A stretch of DNA of 64,000 nucleotides, taken from assembly GCA_016860985.1 (NCBI GenBank), contig BOKM01000001.1, forward strand, positions 220,185-284,184, read 5' to 3'. The position numbers and the translations under genes were made by a program. The notes beneath the pieces were generated by a model. The model was not told the origin of the DNA. It saw only the letters and a list, made by a program, of their open reading frames with translations, and did no database searches. The stretch's first letter is position 1, and every line of letters starts with the position of its first letter. Source of the DNA: Patescibacteria group bacterium. GTDB lineage: Bacteria; Patescibacteriota; Dojkabacteria; GCA-002793355. Positions 28,233 through 38,688 of the stretch are shown one piece after another.

Positions 28233-29012
28233 TTACATATTTTCTATAAACGGTTTAAGAGAGTTCCAGTCCCAATAGTTTATTACTACATCTGCTACTT
28301 CAAGCAACGCATTCTTATCTCGAAATGCAATCCGTAAGCCCCGATCACCGTTCTTTACTAATGGAATATCACCAGAACTGTGTCCAATAGTCATAATGTT
28401 ACATGACGATTTTGCCTTCCGAATATATCGAGCGACCTGACCTTTATCCTTGTCTGTAACCACAAATGGCGTTCCAGTTACTTTGTCATTCGTAAAGGAT
28501 AAGTAACTCGCGATAATTAATGGTTTGCGCTGAAGTTCCTGTTGCTTCTGAGCAATCGCCTCATATATTCCTGAACTAACCCAGATAAATTGAACCTCGC
28601 GTTTACGCGCGCCAGAGGTCAAAAATGCCTCAACTCCATTTCTCCATGCTATTCTTTGACAACATTGCGCAATCACTTTATCGATTGAGTTTCGAGTGAT
28701 TCCAGTAAAAACCGACGAAAGCAGATATAGAGATTTGCGTGAATTATCATTTTTTGCTGCCTCAATTTCAGGTTTCTTTTCTAATTCTCTCTGACACGCC
28801 TCGGTTATTATTCTGGATAAATGACCAGCAACTGCGCACTCATCAAAATCCATCATGACAATATTTGTACAGTTGGCAGGTATCTTTGAGAGAATGTGTT
28901 CATTAATATATGTTTTTAATGATTCTTCCATGATGTAATCATAAATCGTATGCTCAACGTAACAAGTGAAGACCTCTTCGGTAAATTGCGTTACAATACT
29001 AAATGGAAACAA
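28233..29012 (-). CDS. HAD-superfamily hydrolase-like protein
   Basis: D-x-D motif I (MMDFDEC) and GHSSGDIP motif IV-like. The motif I threonine is replaced by Cys. Weak call. Confidence 0.4.
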   Translation of the reverse strand: MFPFSIVTQFTEEVFTCYVEHTIYDYIMEESLKTYINEHILSKIPANCTNIVMMDFDECAVAGHLSRIITEACQRELEKKPEIEAAKNDNSRKSLYLLSSVFTGITRNSIDKVIAQCCQRIAWRNGVEAFLTSGARKREVQFIWVSSGIYEAIAQKQQELQRKPLIIASYLSFTNDKVTGTPFVVTDKDKGQVARYIRKAKSSCNIMTIGHSSGDIPLVKNGDRGLRIAFRDKNALLEVADVVINYWDWNSLKPFIENM

Positions 29013-29707
29013 TTCTCCACGATATTCAAAGACGAATTCTTACGGAGCTTATGCATCACGAGACCGAACAACGGTATTCTGATTTACAGCTTCCTGATAT
29101 TGAAAATGATCTCTACAATTATCATCTTCAAAATCTTGTTAAGCGAAAGTTAATATCCAAAGCAGGATCGCATTACACACTTACTCAAGAAGGGAAACAG
29201 TTAATCTCTAAGTTCAATTCCTTGGGAGATGTGCAGCAATTCTTTAAGGTTTCTGTCGCGTTAGCGGTGTTTCGCAACGACTATACCGAAATCCTTGTAC
29301 AAAAACGACTTAGGAACCCGTTCTATGGTGATATTACAAGTGTTGCAGGAAAAATACTATATGGGGAAAAGATAATTGACGCAGCAAGGCGGAAGTTACT
29401 GGAAGAGACAAATCTTGCTGCACAGTTTAGTTTTATTGGTGTTATTCGAAAGATTAAACGAAGCAAGGATAATACTATTCTAGAAGATACGTTTTATCAC
29501 TATTGTATTGCAACAGACCCAGTTGGCGTATTAATCGAAAAGAATTCGTTTGGGGAAAATTTCTGGTCACCAATGTCAAATTTCATGCAATGGGAGAAAG
29601 AAAACAACGATACAGGCGAGTACGACATTGCAATCTGGAATCGTTTTATGAAAAAAGATTTCTCTTCTTTTTACTTTGAACAAGATGTTCAAATCAAACA
29701 ATACTAA
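29003..29707 (+). CDS. winged-helix + Nudix hydrolase fusion protein
   Basis: N-terminal wHTH-like region (ILHDIQRRILTELM...LVKRKLISK). Nudix box GKILYGEKIIDAARRKLLEETNL fits G-x5-E-x7-R-E-U-x-E-E-x-G-U. Confidence 0.5.
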   Translation: METILHDIQRRILTELMHHETEQRYSDLQLPDIENDLYNYHLQNLVKRKLISKAGSHYTLTQEGKQLISKFNSLGDVQQFFKVSVALAVFRNDYTEILVQKRLRNPFYGDITSVAGKILYGEKIIDAARRKLLEETNLAAQFSFIGVIRKIKRSKDNTILEDTFYHYCIATDPVGVLIEKNSFGENFWSPMSNFMQWEKENNDTGEYDIAIWNRFMKKDFSSFYFEQDVQIKQY

Positions 29708-30552
29708 TCGATGATATATATCGTTACCCAACGACGACTCCAGTTTCCATACCTAATGTCATCGTAGGCAAGATCTATTCTCTCGCCCTTAATCTTTCCT
29801 CCTGTATCCTCTGCCTTTCCAAAGCCGTATCCAGGAATATACATCTGTGTATGCATAGGAATAACTTTGGGATCAACTGCAACAATACCTTTCTTTAGTT
29901 TTGCTCCCGTAGCGGTAATATCGTTACAACCATAACAGGTTTTGTCGTACGAAGTTGCAAGCACTTTTAAAGTTTTCCAATAAGAAATTTTTTTCCCTTC
30001 AATTTCTGTTGTTTTTAAATCATATTGTGTCCCAACACGTGCATATTCAGTACGAGGTTCATGTTCGATCCATTTTGAAACAATGGTGGTTTTCTTTTTT
30101 CCATCACTGTAGGTTACTATTTCTTTGATAATACCTCGCCTCCCAGTTGCGCCACGTTTATCTATTACCTTCTTGCGATGGGGCAAGTCTTTTGTATAGG
30201 TAATATCAGTCTGAAAGGGAATTTTTTCCCACTCTAGAATACGCTCTCGACGAACATAAATCGCAACAATATGGCGAACATTATCAATAAAACCGTCAAA
30301 TATCAGTTCTACTTTGTCGCGCGAAGCACCAGCCTCTTCAAGTATTTCCATACTATCTTCTCGGCAGGTAATGAGTGTTTTTGTTTGGTCAGGAACAGAA
30401 ATAATAACCGGTCGATACTGAAAACAGTGCGTATAATGCTCTTTTTCCGCATATCTCCACATCGGATCGATACCAGAGAAGGCACTCACAACCGAAAACC
30501 GTAAGATAGCCAACACTGCGATGAGAGAAAGAAAGAGGATACGCTTTACCAC
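29704..30552 (-). CDS. G5/3D-domain cell-wall-binding protein (YabE/Rpf-like)
   Basis: C-terminal 3D domain (ATGAKLKKGIVAVDPKVIPMHTQMYIPGYGFGKAEDTGGKIKGERIDLAYDD). Signal peptide/TM at the N-terminus. Confidence 0.55.
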   Translation of the reverse strand: MVKRILFLSLIAVLAILRFSVVSAFSGIDPMWRYAEKEHYTHCFQYRPVIISVPDQTKTLITCREDSMEILEEAGASRDKVELIFDGFIDNVRHIVAIYVRRERILEWEKIPFQTDITYTKDLPHRKKVIDKRGATGRRGIIKEIVTYSDGKKKTTIVSKWIEHEPRTEYARVGTQYDLKTTEIEGKKISYWKTLKVLATSYDKTCYGCNDITATGAKLKKGIVAVDPKVIPMHTQMYIPGYGFGKAEDTGGKIKGERIDLAYDDIRYGNWSRRWVTIYIID

Positions 30553-32562
30553 TTACACTTCAACCTTCAGTTTATCTGGGATATCCGCAATGTACTGAGA
30601 CGGAACAGTCTCGATCATTAAGCTCCCTAATTGGCGTTTTCTTGAGCTCGAAAGGTACAGGTGCTCCTTTGCCCGAGTTATCGCTACGTAAAACAAACGG
30701 CGCTCTTCTTGCATCTGAATAGGATTTTCGAGTGAACGATTGTGGGGGAAAATACCCTCTTCTAGCCCAGCCAAGAACACCGTTCCGAACTCAAGACCTT
30801 TCGCTGCATGAATTGACATAAGACTAACCTTTCCTCTTACCGGGCCTTGGACCTCATCTGTCACTTCTTTGGCTTCTTCTACTAGGGCAATATCTTCAAG
30901 AAACTTCATAAGCCCATCACGCCCAACATATTTATTCTTTTCAGCAACCGCTGCAAGTTCTTGTACATTAGCATATCGAGAAATAATCTCTTCTTTGGTA
31001 CTAGCCATCTTTTCTATCCAAGATTTATACCCAACAGTCTCAACAACACTCATTACAAAGCTCGAAATATCAATACCTGGATCGAACGACATTTTAATTG
31101 CCTTTCCAAGCTGCTCAAACAATTGCGGATATTTTTTGAATATATCAACCCCTGCCTCTTGGATACCGAGTAAGAACTCATCACTAACCATTACCATGGC
31201 AAATTCTGGGTCGTGAGCTACTAGGGAGCCATACCACACGAATTCAGCTAAATGAAGTTTTGCCTTTGTAGCAAGTTCACGAAAATGCTTAATAGCGCCA
31301 TCGCCAATTTTTCGACTCGGGGTGTTTATAATTCTGAGCAAACTTACCTCGTCTTTTGGATTACTAATAAACTTGATGTATGCAAGAATATCTTTTACTT
31401 CCATACGATGATAAAAGCCCACCCCGCCGACTAGTTTGTATGGAACACCAAACTTCACAAAAACTTCTTCAAAACTTCTAGAAAGAGAGTTAACTCGGTA
31501 TAACACAGCAACTTCATCCAAATTAGATTGATATCGCTGCAGCTCTCGTAGTACTTGCATCGCCTCTGAAAATGGGTCATCAAGCCTTGAAACAACAATT
31601 GGATACTCTTTTACTTTGTCGGTCCATAAGGCTTTCGGTATACGATTTGGATTCTTAGAGATTATATGGTTCGCAGCATCAAGAATCACTTTTGTAGAAC
31701 GATAGTTTTGCTCTAACTTCACAATCGTATGGTCAGGAAAGTCCTTTTGAAAAAAACGTATGTTATCAACTGTTGCCCCGCGCCAGGAATATATAGATTG
31801 ATCTTCGTCACCAACAACGCACAAATGCCGATGATTTTTCGCTAATGCACGGACGATACGATATTGCTCCATATTTGTATCTTGGTATTCATCTACCAAA
31901 ATATATTTGAATTGTTCTTGGTATTTTGCAAGGATTTCTGGGTTCTTTTCAAAGAGCTTTACTACTAAAGAAAGAAGGTCATCAAAATCTACCGCATTTT
32001 GTGCCTGCAAACGCTTTACATATTCCTTATAGACTTTTGATACTGTTTCATCGAAATCATCACCATAACTATTTTCAAAATATTCTGAAGCAGCAATTCC
32101 TTTGTTTTTTGCATCAGAGATTTTTTCATGTATTAAGTTTGGCTTGAAATTCTGGCTTAGTTCAAAATCTTTACAAATCGATTTAACCACAGACAACTGA
32201 TCATCTTGGTCATAGATGGTAAAGGACCTATCCAGTCCAATATCTTGCGCGTGGCGACGGAGTAAGAAGGCGCCAAACGAATGGAATGTTCCAACAAACG
32301 GCTTTCTTCCTTGGTGCTCAGCGGGGAGTAACTGAGCAATTCTCTCTTGCATTTCGTTTGCTGCTTTCTTAGTGAAAGTAACGGCCAATATACTTTCTGG
32401 TCTATACTGGAGCTCCGTAATCAGATGGGCAATTTTGACCGTTAGTACTCGAGTTTTACCTGACCCTGCGCCTGCCAAAATGAGTAAAGGTCCTTCACAT
32501 GCAAGGACTGCGTTTTTTTGTGCGGTATTTAACCCTTCGATTAGTGCCATATTTCGTAACAA
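30553..32562 (-). CDS. uvrD: ATP-dependent DNA helicase UvrD/PcrA family
   Basis: Walker A AGAGSGKTRVLT and superfamily 1 helicase motifs throughout (VDEYQDTN, QNYRST, MSIHAAKGLEF). Confidence 0.85.
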   Translation of the reverse strand: MLRNMALIEGLNTAQKNAVLACEGPLLILAGAGSGKTRVLTVKIAHLITELQYRPESILAVTFTKKAANEMQERIAQLLPAEHQGRKPFVGTFHSFGAFLLRRHAQDIGLDRSFTIYDQDDQLSVVKSICKDFELSQNFKPNLIHEKISDAKNKGIAASEYFENSYGDDFDETVSKVYKEYVKRLQAQNAVDFDDLLSLVVKLFEKNPEILAKYQEQFKYILVDEYQDTNMEQYRIVRALAKNHRHLCVVGDEDQSIYSWRGATVDNIRFFQKDFPDHTIVKLEQNYRSTKVILDAANHIISKNPNRIPKALWTDKVKEYPIVVSRLDDPFSEAMQVLRELQRYQSNLDEVAVLYRVNSLSRSFEEVFVKFGVPYKLVGGVGFYHRMEVKDILAYIKFISNPKDEVSLLRIINTPSRKIGDGAIKHFRELATKAKLHLAEFVWYGSLVAHDPEFAMVMVSDEFLLGIQEAGVDIFKKYPQLFEQLGKAIKMSFDPGIDISSFVMSVVETVGYKSWIEKMASTKEEIISRYANVQELAAVAEKNKYVGRDGLMKFLEDIALVEEAKEVTDEVQGPVRGKVSLMSIHAAKGLEFGTVFLAGLEEGIFPHNRSLENPIQMQEERRLFYVAITRAKEHLYLSSSRKRQLGSLMIETVPSQYIADIPDKLKVEV

Positions 32563-32734
32563 TAAACCTTATCTATACGTGACCGAACGTGCAATTAATA
32601 CGTTCCGAAATATATTCCCACATGTTAACGCATCTGCAACTTCGTTGCATCACCGCATACATGGTGCGTGGTTATATATTCGTTCACAACACCTTCCAGA
32701 TGTACACTTTCTGACTTTACGGTCAGAGTATACA

Positions 32735-33865
32735 CTACCGAATAAATGGCTTGTACACCCATCCTACTCGCCCTTCTTTCGTTTCAATTTTAACCCATGC
32801 ATCTTGGTATCCCTTAACGATAACATAGGTGCCCACGTCAATCCTTCCAACAATCGAGCCTTTTAAGCTTGGAGTTCCTCTAAGATTAGCAAAGGCTGAT
32901 CCGTCTTTTGATATTATTCTTCCGAGTTTGTAGTTGTCATTTTCTACAACAAAATTAAGTGCCATTGGCTTTCCTACTTGGGAGTTTCCAGATTTAAGTA
33001 CTAATGACTCCGAGTATTTACCTGGTAATAGCGGTGCGCCTAATGTAACCGATATCGCACTTTCCTCACCGGGTAAGAGCATGCCTGGTAAACGCGCAAT
33101 CAAATTTGGGGCAATCCAAGAAGAGTGATACAGCTGAGAGACCCCTTTTGATAGCGGTGCAAGCGCGAGAGCCTCTTGCCCAGAAGGGTAAATTGGAAAC
33201 TCTCCTTCATTTTTTATCTTGATAATAAAAGACACCAGTTCTTTTTGCCTCACACTCTTTGAGTATTCTGGCTCTTGTAAAGATAGATTTAACGCCCTTT
33301 TCGTGACATCCTCTTTACTTGGGGTAATGCCTTTGCATGCAATATCGCACTTCTCAGTGTTTGCGAGTGCTATTGTCGTATTTTTTTCGTCTGCTACTAA
33401 AACTAAGTCGCCTCTTAATAATATGGTCATTTTATAAGAATTAATCAGTTCTTGAACCTTTGTAATTGGCATGCTTCCATATACGCCAAGCACAAAATAC
33501 CCTGTGTCGCTTGCAGTAACAACATTTGCAAGATAATCAGGGTAAGGGCACGAAAGAAATGCAATTTCGCCATTTGCAGCAACTGCATTCAAAGGCGCGA
33601 CGTTATTTCCCCGAACATATGCCAAATCAAAATACAAAGATGTTGCAATTTGTTGAGCAGTTGCCCCTGGTTGTACCACAAGGTCTTCCGTTAGGGGAAC
33701 CACCACAAGTGTTGTCATTGGTTTGTAATTTCCTTTGGTTCTTTCGCATGATAGCGGGAGATACTCTACAACTTTGTTTTCGGCAGATACTGGATGAATA
33801 TTATTAACAAACAATACCGACATAATTGCGACCAAAAAGAATACAAACAGAGACTCTCGTTTCAT
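32735..33865 (-). CDS. secreted protein with C-terminal bacterial SH3 (SH3b) domain
   Basis: N-terminal signal peptide. The C-terminal ~60 aa fit the SH3b pattern (ANLRGTPSLKGSIVGRIDVGTYVIVKGYQDAWVKIETKEGRVGWVYKPFI). Confidence 0.5.
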   Translation of the reverse strand: MKRESLFVFFLVAIMSVLFVNNIHPVSAENKVVEYLPLSCERTKGNYKPMTTLVVVPLTEDLVVQPGATAQQIATSLYFDLAYVRGNNVAPLNAVAANGEIAFLSCPYPDYLANVVTASDTGYFVLGVYGSMPITKVQELINSYKMTILLRGDLVLVADEKNTTIALANTEKCDIACKGITPSKEDVTKRALNLSLQEPEYSKSVRQKELVSFIIKIKNEGEFPIYPSGQEALALAPLSKGVSQLYHSSWIAPNLIARLPGMLLPGEESAISVTLGAPLLPGKYSESLVLKSGNSQVGKPMALNFVVENDNYKLGRIISKDGSAFANLRGTPSLKGSIVGRIDVGTYVIVKGYQDAWVKIETKEGRVGWVYKPFIR

Positions 33866-33907
33866 ACATCATTATACCTGGGAATAGTGATTGAGCAAGT
33901 CTACTAC

Positions 33908-36850
33908 TTATTTACAAGCAAGTGGTGGCGATAGATTACACATCACAGAGTAAGCGGCATCTGGATGAGGGTCAAGTGAACCTCCCTCCCATACTTCCAT
34001 ATGGACGTGTGAGCCAGAAGAACATAAACTTGGTCCAATAATCATAGCTCCAATGACAGTACCTTTTGTTACGCTTGAACCATCTGGAATAGAATCTTTT
34101 TTGACGACATGATAAAAGACATAGGTCGTACCAGAGACACCTTCAAATTTCACACCAATGACGGTTCCGCCTTTACAGCTAATTCCTCTGAAATATACTT
34201 TTCCATCCTCTGGCGCGACAACCTGTGTTGCGCGATCACCAGGTGCTAAATCAATTGCATAGTTACAGGGATTTCCGCTTGGGCAGGTAGTACCGTGGTG
34301 CGAATATGTCCCGTTTGGACCTTGTGAACAATAGGTTACACTCGCCCCATCTGTCGTTTGTACTGGGCATGCGTTATCTGAAAAATCATCATAATCTGTC
34401 CAGTCTATAGGAGGCAATGGTGGAGGATTCGTGCCTGGGGGCAACACATTACCGTATGGATCTCCAACTGCGACCACAGGATTATATCCCGGGTCTGGAG
34501 CAAATAGCCCCCCGTTTCCAACATTTTGCGCAAGGTACTGAGGTCCGCCAACTTCGGCAAGATTTTGAAAGCCTAAGATGGTCAGTGCAACAATCCCAAT
34601 AGTTAAACCAACAACAAGCTGAAATGTGATTCGGAGTAGTGCTCCGGTAATTTTGTCGAGAGCACCAAAAGTAACGAAATTACCAATCATGTAGGCATAG
34701 CGGAGGAATTCCGAGACGCCAGCAGTAATGTAAGCAGCAGCAGCAACAAGTGCTTTTCCAATTGCAGTTTTTGCGAGTTGAGCGGCAACTTTTTGCGCAG
34801 CGAGCTTAGCAGCAGCACGCATTCTTGCTTGAAAAACTTGTATCGCAGCGTTAGTTAAGTTTGCGGGGGCATTAATCAAAAAACCGACTCGACGAGAAAC
34901 CCTAGCAATTGCTTGGTACCCGCTGCTGTTCAATCGGTTATAAGCGAATTTACCTAATCTAGAGAAACCACTCGTATCTAATACTTTCGAATACCCCTTG
35001 CCATCAGCATTCCTGACATATTTCCACTTAATATTCTTTCCAAATCCACTTCCAATCCATGCCATCCTTTGGAAAGTATCACCGTTTAAAAGTCCTCCGA
35101 AAAAAGCTCCGGGACTGAATGCATACATGAAATACGCTGTTTTTTGGAAGGGATTTGCTTTATGAGAAATAACATCGACCATTTTCCAACCAGTCATACC
35201 CTTTGTAGCAGCTCCGAGTGAAGGAGGACCAGTCTTGGTATAAGCGTCATAGTTGTCTTTCTTTCCCTTATATCGTGCTAACTGATCTTCCATTTTCTTA
35301 AGACGTGCTTGGTCGGCAATCACTCTTTTGTCGGTTGCTCCAAATTTTGCCAAATTTGTTGCGACTTGTGACTTGAAAAGTTCAGTTTTATTGGTCATTT
35401 TCGTAAGCTTATCAGCCATTCCAGACGACTGAAGCCCACGTATTTCGAACTTATCCGCGACTACTGCCTTTCCAGCCATCGGGCCACTTAACCCCCCAGC
35501 CCACGTTGCCATCTGAAGCCAGCTAGTTCCCGTAAGCAATCCCAATGGAGTGAAAATCTTATTGAGCGTTGGCATGGTATTCCATCTGTAATAGATATAA
35601 CCTGCTTGCCTTGCCAATGTTTGAGGAGTATTGTCAAATCTTTTGTTTAAACTCTCCTCCATTCGGGCGTATTTTGCGTCACGCTTTTTGTCTAATCCTC
35701 CCCAATCTGTTTTGAGTGCCTGAACACCCGTACTCACGAGGTACTTAATGTCATTCTTCTTCGGATCAATCCCTTTCGACATTCCTGTGATTAAGGCCCC
35801 GAATCGATGTTGATTTTGGGAGACATCGTAAAAATTCTGCAGATTTTTTTGTAATGTTGGTGAAAGGGAAGGATCAACTGCGTGACGAGCTAATACATTT
35901 CCATATGCTCGTTGAATATTATCGCCAACCGCTTTTCCCCCTAAAGCAGGGTCAAATAATGATAAAGGATCCCTTTCTGATATCTTAACTCCTAAATTAT
36001 TTTCATCAAAAATATCTGTGAAGTTTTTTATCTGATTGTTTGTTGAGCCTGCGACCGCAAGATTATATTCATCGGCAATATCCTTTTTCAGTTTCGAATT
36101 GTAGTATTTTACAAATTCGTCTCGTTCGGCTTGATTGTCAATACCAACATTCATAGCAACCGCGACATCTACTGCACTCAGGACCTTATCCTTATCTGGT
36201 GCTTTACCATATTCCAAATCACCTTTCTGGATTCCCTTGTAGTCTTTTCTCACGGCTCCTTCATTTGCAATCGAGATGGTGGATGCAATATCCGCGTCAA
36301 TCCCATTCTTTCTATCTACGATATAGTTTGCCGCGACCTTTTGAACCGGCTCACCAAAAAAATCTGAAATCATATCGACTTGCCGGGCGAGAAGTAGGTT
36401 TTGCCAATACGAATCGGCAAGCTTATTCGCAAACCCAGCAGGATCCAACAATGCACTTGTGGTATTTCCTGGAGTTATTGCGACGCCTCCTGGCCCGACT
36501 TCCTGGTAACCATAACTCTCTCCCTCAACAGTAAAGGTCTGACTACCTGCCGGATTACCCGCGAGTGTTGGATGTGCTAATTCAATAGTCGGTCCAACTC
36601 CCTGCCCAAACGCCTTAAACATGGGTTTCGTAATTTGATTATCAACAATACCACCAACTGCATTACTCCCCGTCATACTTGCAGCAACGGCAACAATACC
36701 ATCTGCAATCTGATCATTTACCTGATAAGGCACCACATCCGGGACCCCTGCATCGCCGTATACTTTCTGTTGTTTTTCGGCTAACTCGTAAAGCGCATCA
36801 TAAAAAGAACCTAACGCACTCATTGATGTTCCGCCACCCTTGTCAGCCAT
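33908..36850 (-). CDS. 980-aa bitopic protein: large N-terminal soluble region, internal TM block, Pro-rich linker, C-terminal M23 (LytM) peptidase-like domain
   Basis: C-terminus has ...YAIDLAPGDRATQVVAPEDGKVYF ... GSHVHMEVW (M23 HxH motif). The first M23 His motif is not clearly intact. Hydrophobic block around aa 700-770. PPGTNPPPLPP linker and a Cys-rich segment. No P-loop found. Confidence 0.55.
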   Translation of the reverse strand: MADKGGGTSMSALGSFYDALYELAEKQQKVYGDAGVPDVVPYQVNDQIADGIVAVAASMTGSNAVGGIVDNQITKPMFKAFGQGVGPTIELAHPTLAGNPAGSQTFTVEGESYGYQEVGPGGVAITPGNTTSALLDPAGFANKLADSYWQNLLLARQVDMISDFFGEPVQKVAANYIVDRKNGIDADIASTISIANEGAVRKDYKGIQKGDLEYGKAPDKDKVLSAVDVAVAMNVGIDNQAERDEFVKYYNSKLKKDIADEYNLAVAGSTNNQIKNFTDIFDENNLGVKISERDPLSLFDPALGGKAVGDNIQRAYGNVLARHAVDPSLSPTLQKNLQNFYDVSQNQHRFGALITGMSKGIDPKKNDIKYLVSTGVQALKTDWGGLDKKRDAKYARMEESLNKRFDNTPQTLARQAGYIYYRWNTMPTLNKIFTPLGLLTGTSWLQMATWAGGLSGPMAGKAVVADKFEIRGLQSSGMADKLTKMTNKTELFKSQVATNLAKFGATDKRVIADQARLKKMEDQLARYKGKKDNYDAYTKTGPPSLGAATKGMTGWKMVDVISHKANPFQKTAYFMYAFSPGAFFGGLLNGDTFQRMAWIGSGFGKNIKWKYVRNADGKGYSKVLDTSGFSRLGKFAYNRLNSSGYQAIARVSRRVGFLINAPANLTNAAIQVFQARMRAAAKLAAQKVAAQLAKTAIGKALVAAAAYITAGVSEFLRYAYMIGNFVTFGALDKITGALLRITFQLVVGLTIGIVALTILGFQNLAEVGGPQYLAQNVGNGGLFAPDPGYNPVVAVGDPYGNVLPPGTNPPPLPPIDWTDYDDFSDNACPVQTTDGASVTYCSQGPNGTYSHHGTTCPSGNPCNYAIDLAPGDRATQVVAPEDGKVYFRGISCKGGTVIGVKFEGVSGTTYVFYHVVKKDSIPDGSSVTKGTVIGAMIIGPSLCSSGSHVHMEVWEGGSLDPHPDAAYSVMCNLSPPLACK

Positions 36851-36874
36851 TTCGGTTTATAACAAAATCAATTA

Positions 36875-38404
36875 TTATTGCACCAAGCCACCGATAACTG
36901 GCATTGTTTGCAAGCTCTTCTTCGCTCCTTCCCATGCTTTGCTAAAGTCACCACCACCCTTTGGAGCTGGGAACATTGATTCTACCATTGCAGGAACCGA
37001 AGGAACCATATTAAGGACCACAAGTGCAATCACTGCTGCAGGTCCAACGGTTAAGAGCAACCAATCCGAAGTTGCAGTCGTACCTGCGGGGATAAGTCCA
37101 CCGGTTACACAGGTAAGAATACTTTTATCTGCACCGGCACAGCCAGCACTCGATGCGGCTACGGCATAAGCCATGTATGCTCCAACATTAACAAAGGTGA
37201 ACATTATTGGAATTGCGACTGCATTCTTAAACATTCTTGATAACCATGTAGAAAATCCTGATTGCTTACCTGGAAGTGAAGAAATCATAAGTAACAACGG
37301 TGCGAGTGCGATATCGATAATCATCTTGATATAAGTTGAAAGCACTGTCCAGAAGATTCTGATTGTTGTAATAAGCATTGCAGCTCCAATAACGATTCTT
37401 GCGATTAGTGAAAGAACCGTATATGTAATTGCTTGTGCATAGGCGTTTGCACCCGTTGTAATTACCTCCCAAAGTCTTGCGAGGCCGGTCGAATCAGATT
37501 CCTGCAATGGTCCAAAAATTCCTGGAGCTACAGCTGAAAACCAGTTATTTGCTTCTGATTGGTAGGTACCCCACACGGTAGTCATAAAGAAATCTTTAAA
37601 CAGATTCCATGGACCGTTGATATAAATAACATTTAACCCATATTCGTCAAACATACCTTGGAACAATACTGCGATTGCCTGCACCAGATACTTGGATAGG
37701 TTTAAGAAAAAGACGCCAAGCGCATAGCTTGCGAGTGCCAATAAGGCACCTATAACCGCATTCTGCAACGCCATAGAAACAGTAACCACTACTTGGCCAC
37801 CTGCTTTACTTCGAAACATAATCATAAAGCCTGCGATAATAAGGATAACCACAAGGATAGACATTGCCAGTGTAAAGGATATTCCCCACAGCTTGTTCAA
37901 GCCAAGTGCACCATTTCCCAAATACTGCGAGGCTGATCCTGATTCTGGTGGCTGACCTCCTGACTGTGCGTACGCACTCCCTGCTGATTGTTCGAGCAAT
38001 TCTTTTGGCAAAAACATCTGAGCATAATGCCCTGGTATATTTCCGTTAGGTGGAGTAAGAAACGCATTAGTCATCATTATTGCCGAGTTTTGGACCAAAC
38101 CGTAACGTAGATACGGCTTTTCTGCGAGTAATTTCTGTTTTCTTTCGCTTGATTCTGGAATTATTGCAGTACCGTTTAATGTCTTTTCGGTATCAACAAT
38201 TATAGAAACTCTTCCCAACGAGGTCTGTTTATAGTTATCTGCAGTTTCGGAATCTGTAAACGTTTGGGTAACTTCTTCGTTGTCTTCGTAAATTTTAATA
38301 ATTGGATTTTCGTCCGCCTGCGCTTTTGATGGAAGAAACAGTGAAATACCGAATGCAACCATTGTAAGAAAAGTAAGTAGTGAGACTAATTTTTTCATGC
38401 CCAA
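36875..38404 (-). CDS. polytopic membrane protein with N-terminal secreted domain (VirB6/TrbL-like architecture)
   Basis: Signal peptide (SKAQA/DE), a roughly 170-aa extracytoplasmic domain, then at least 6 Gly/Ala-rich TM helices. The resemblance is by architecture only, not by a sequence signature. Confidence 0.4.
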   Translation of the reverse strand: MGMKKLVSLLTFLTMVAFGISLFLPSKAQADENPIIKIYEDNEEVTQTFTDSETADNYKQTSLGRVSIIVDTEKTLNGTAIIPESSERKQKLLAEKPYLRYGLVQNSAIMMTNAFLTPPNGNIPGHYAQMFLPKELLEQSAGSAYAQSGGQPPESGSASQYLGNGALGLNKLWGISFTLAMSILVVILIIAGFMIMFRSKAGGQVVVTVSMALQNAVIGALLALASYALGVFFLNLSKYLVQAIAVLFQGMFDEYGLNVIYINGPWNLFKDFFMTTVWGTYQSEANNWFSAVAPGIFGPLQESDSTGLARLWEVITTGANAYAQAITYTVLSLIARIVIGAAMLITTIRIFWTVLSTYIKMIIDIALAPLLLMISSLPGKQSGFSTWLSRMFKNAVAIPIMFTFVNVGAYMAYAVAASSAGCAGADKSILTCVTGGLIPAGTTATSDWLLLTVGPAAVIALVVLNMVPSVPAMVESMFPAPKGGGDFSKAWEGAKKSLQTMPVIGGLVQ

Positions 38405-38406
38405 TT

Positions 38407-38670
38407 CTACTTAGTTTTCCTTCTCTTTGTCAACAACGGAGAGATGAAAGAAAAGATAGTCTGAAGAATACTCATATACATCTTGCCTGGACCTTCTATG
38501 AAGTCAACGACGACCACCTTAAATTTCTCATAATATGTAATCATTTCGATGACTGAATCGAGCTTTTTGCCGAAGCGGCCAAGCATATATAACACGTACC
38601 CCAGCACTGCAATAAGCAGCATTAAAGCAATAATTCCTAAGATCTGGAGGGTAATTTGAAGTTCAACCAT
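38407..38670 (-). CDS. small membrane protein
   Basis: 87 aa with one N-terminal TM helix. The 2-nt spacing to the downstream gene implies co-transcription. Confidence 0.4.
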   Translation of the reverse strand: MVELQITLQILGIIALMLLIAVLGYVLYMLGRFGKKLDSVIEMITYYEKFKVVVVDFIEGPGKMYMSILQTIFSFISPLLTKRRKTK

Positions 38671-38688
38671 TGGGGCAATGATAAAAAA

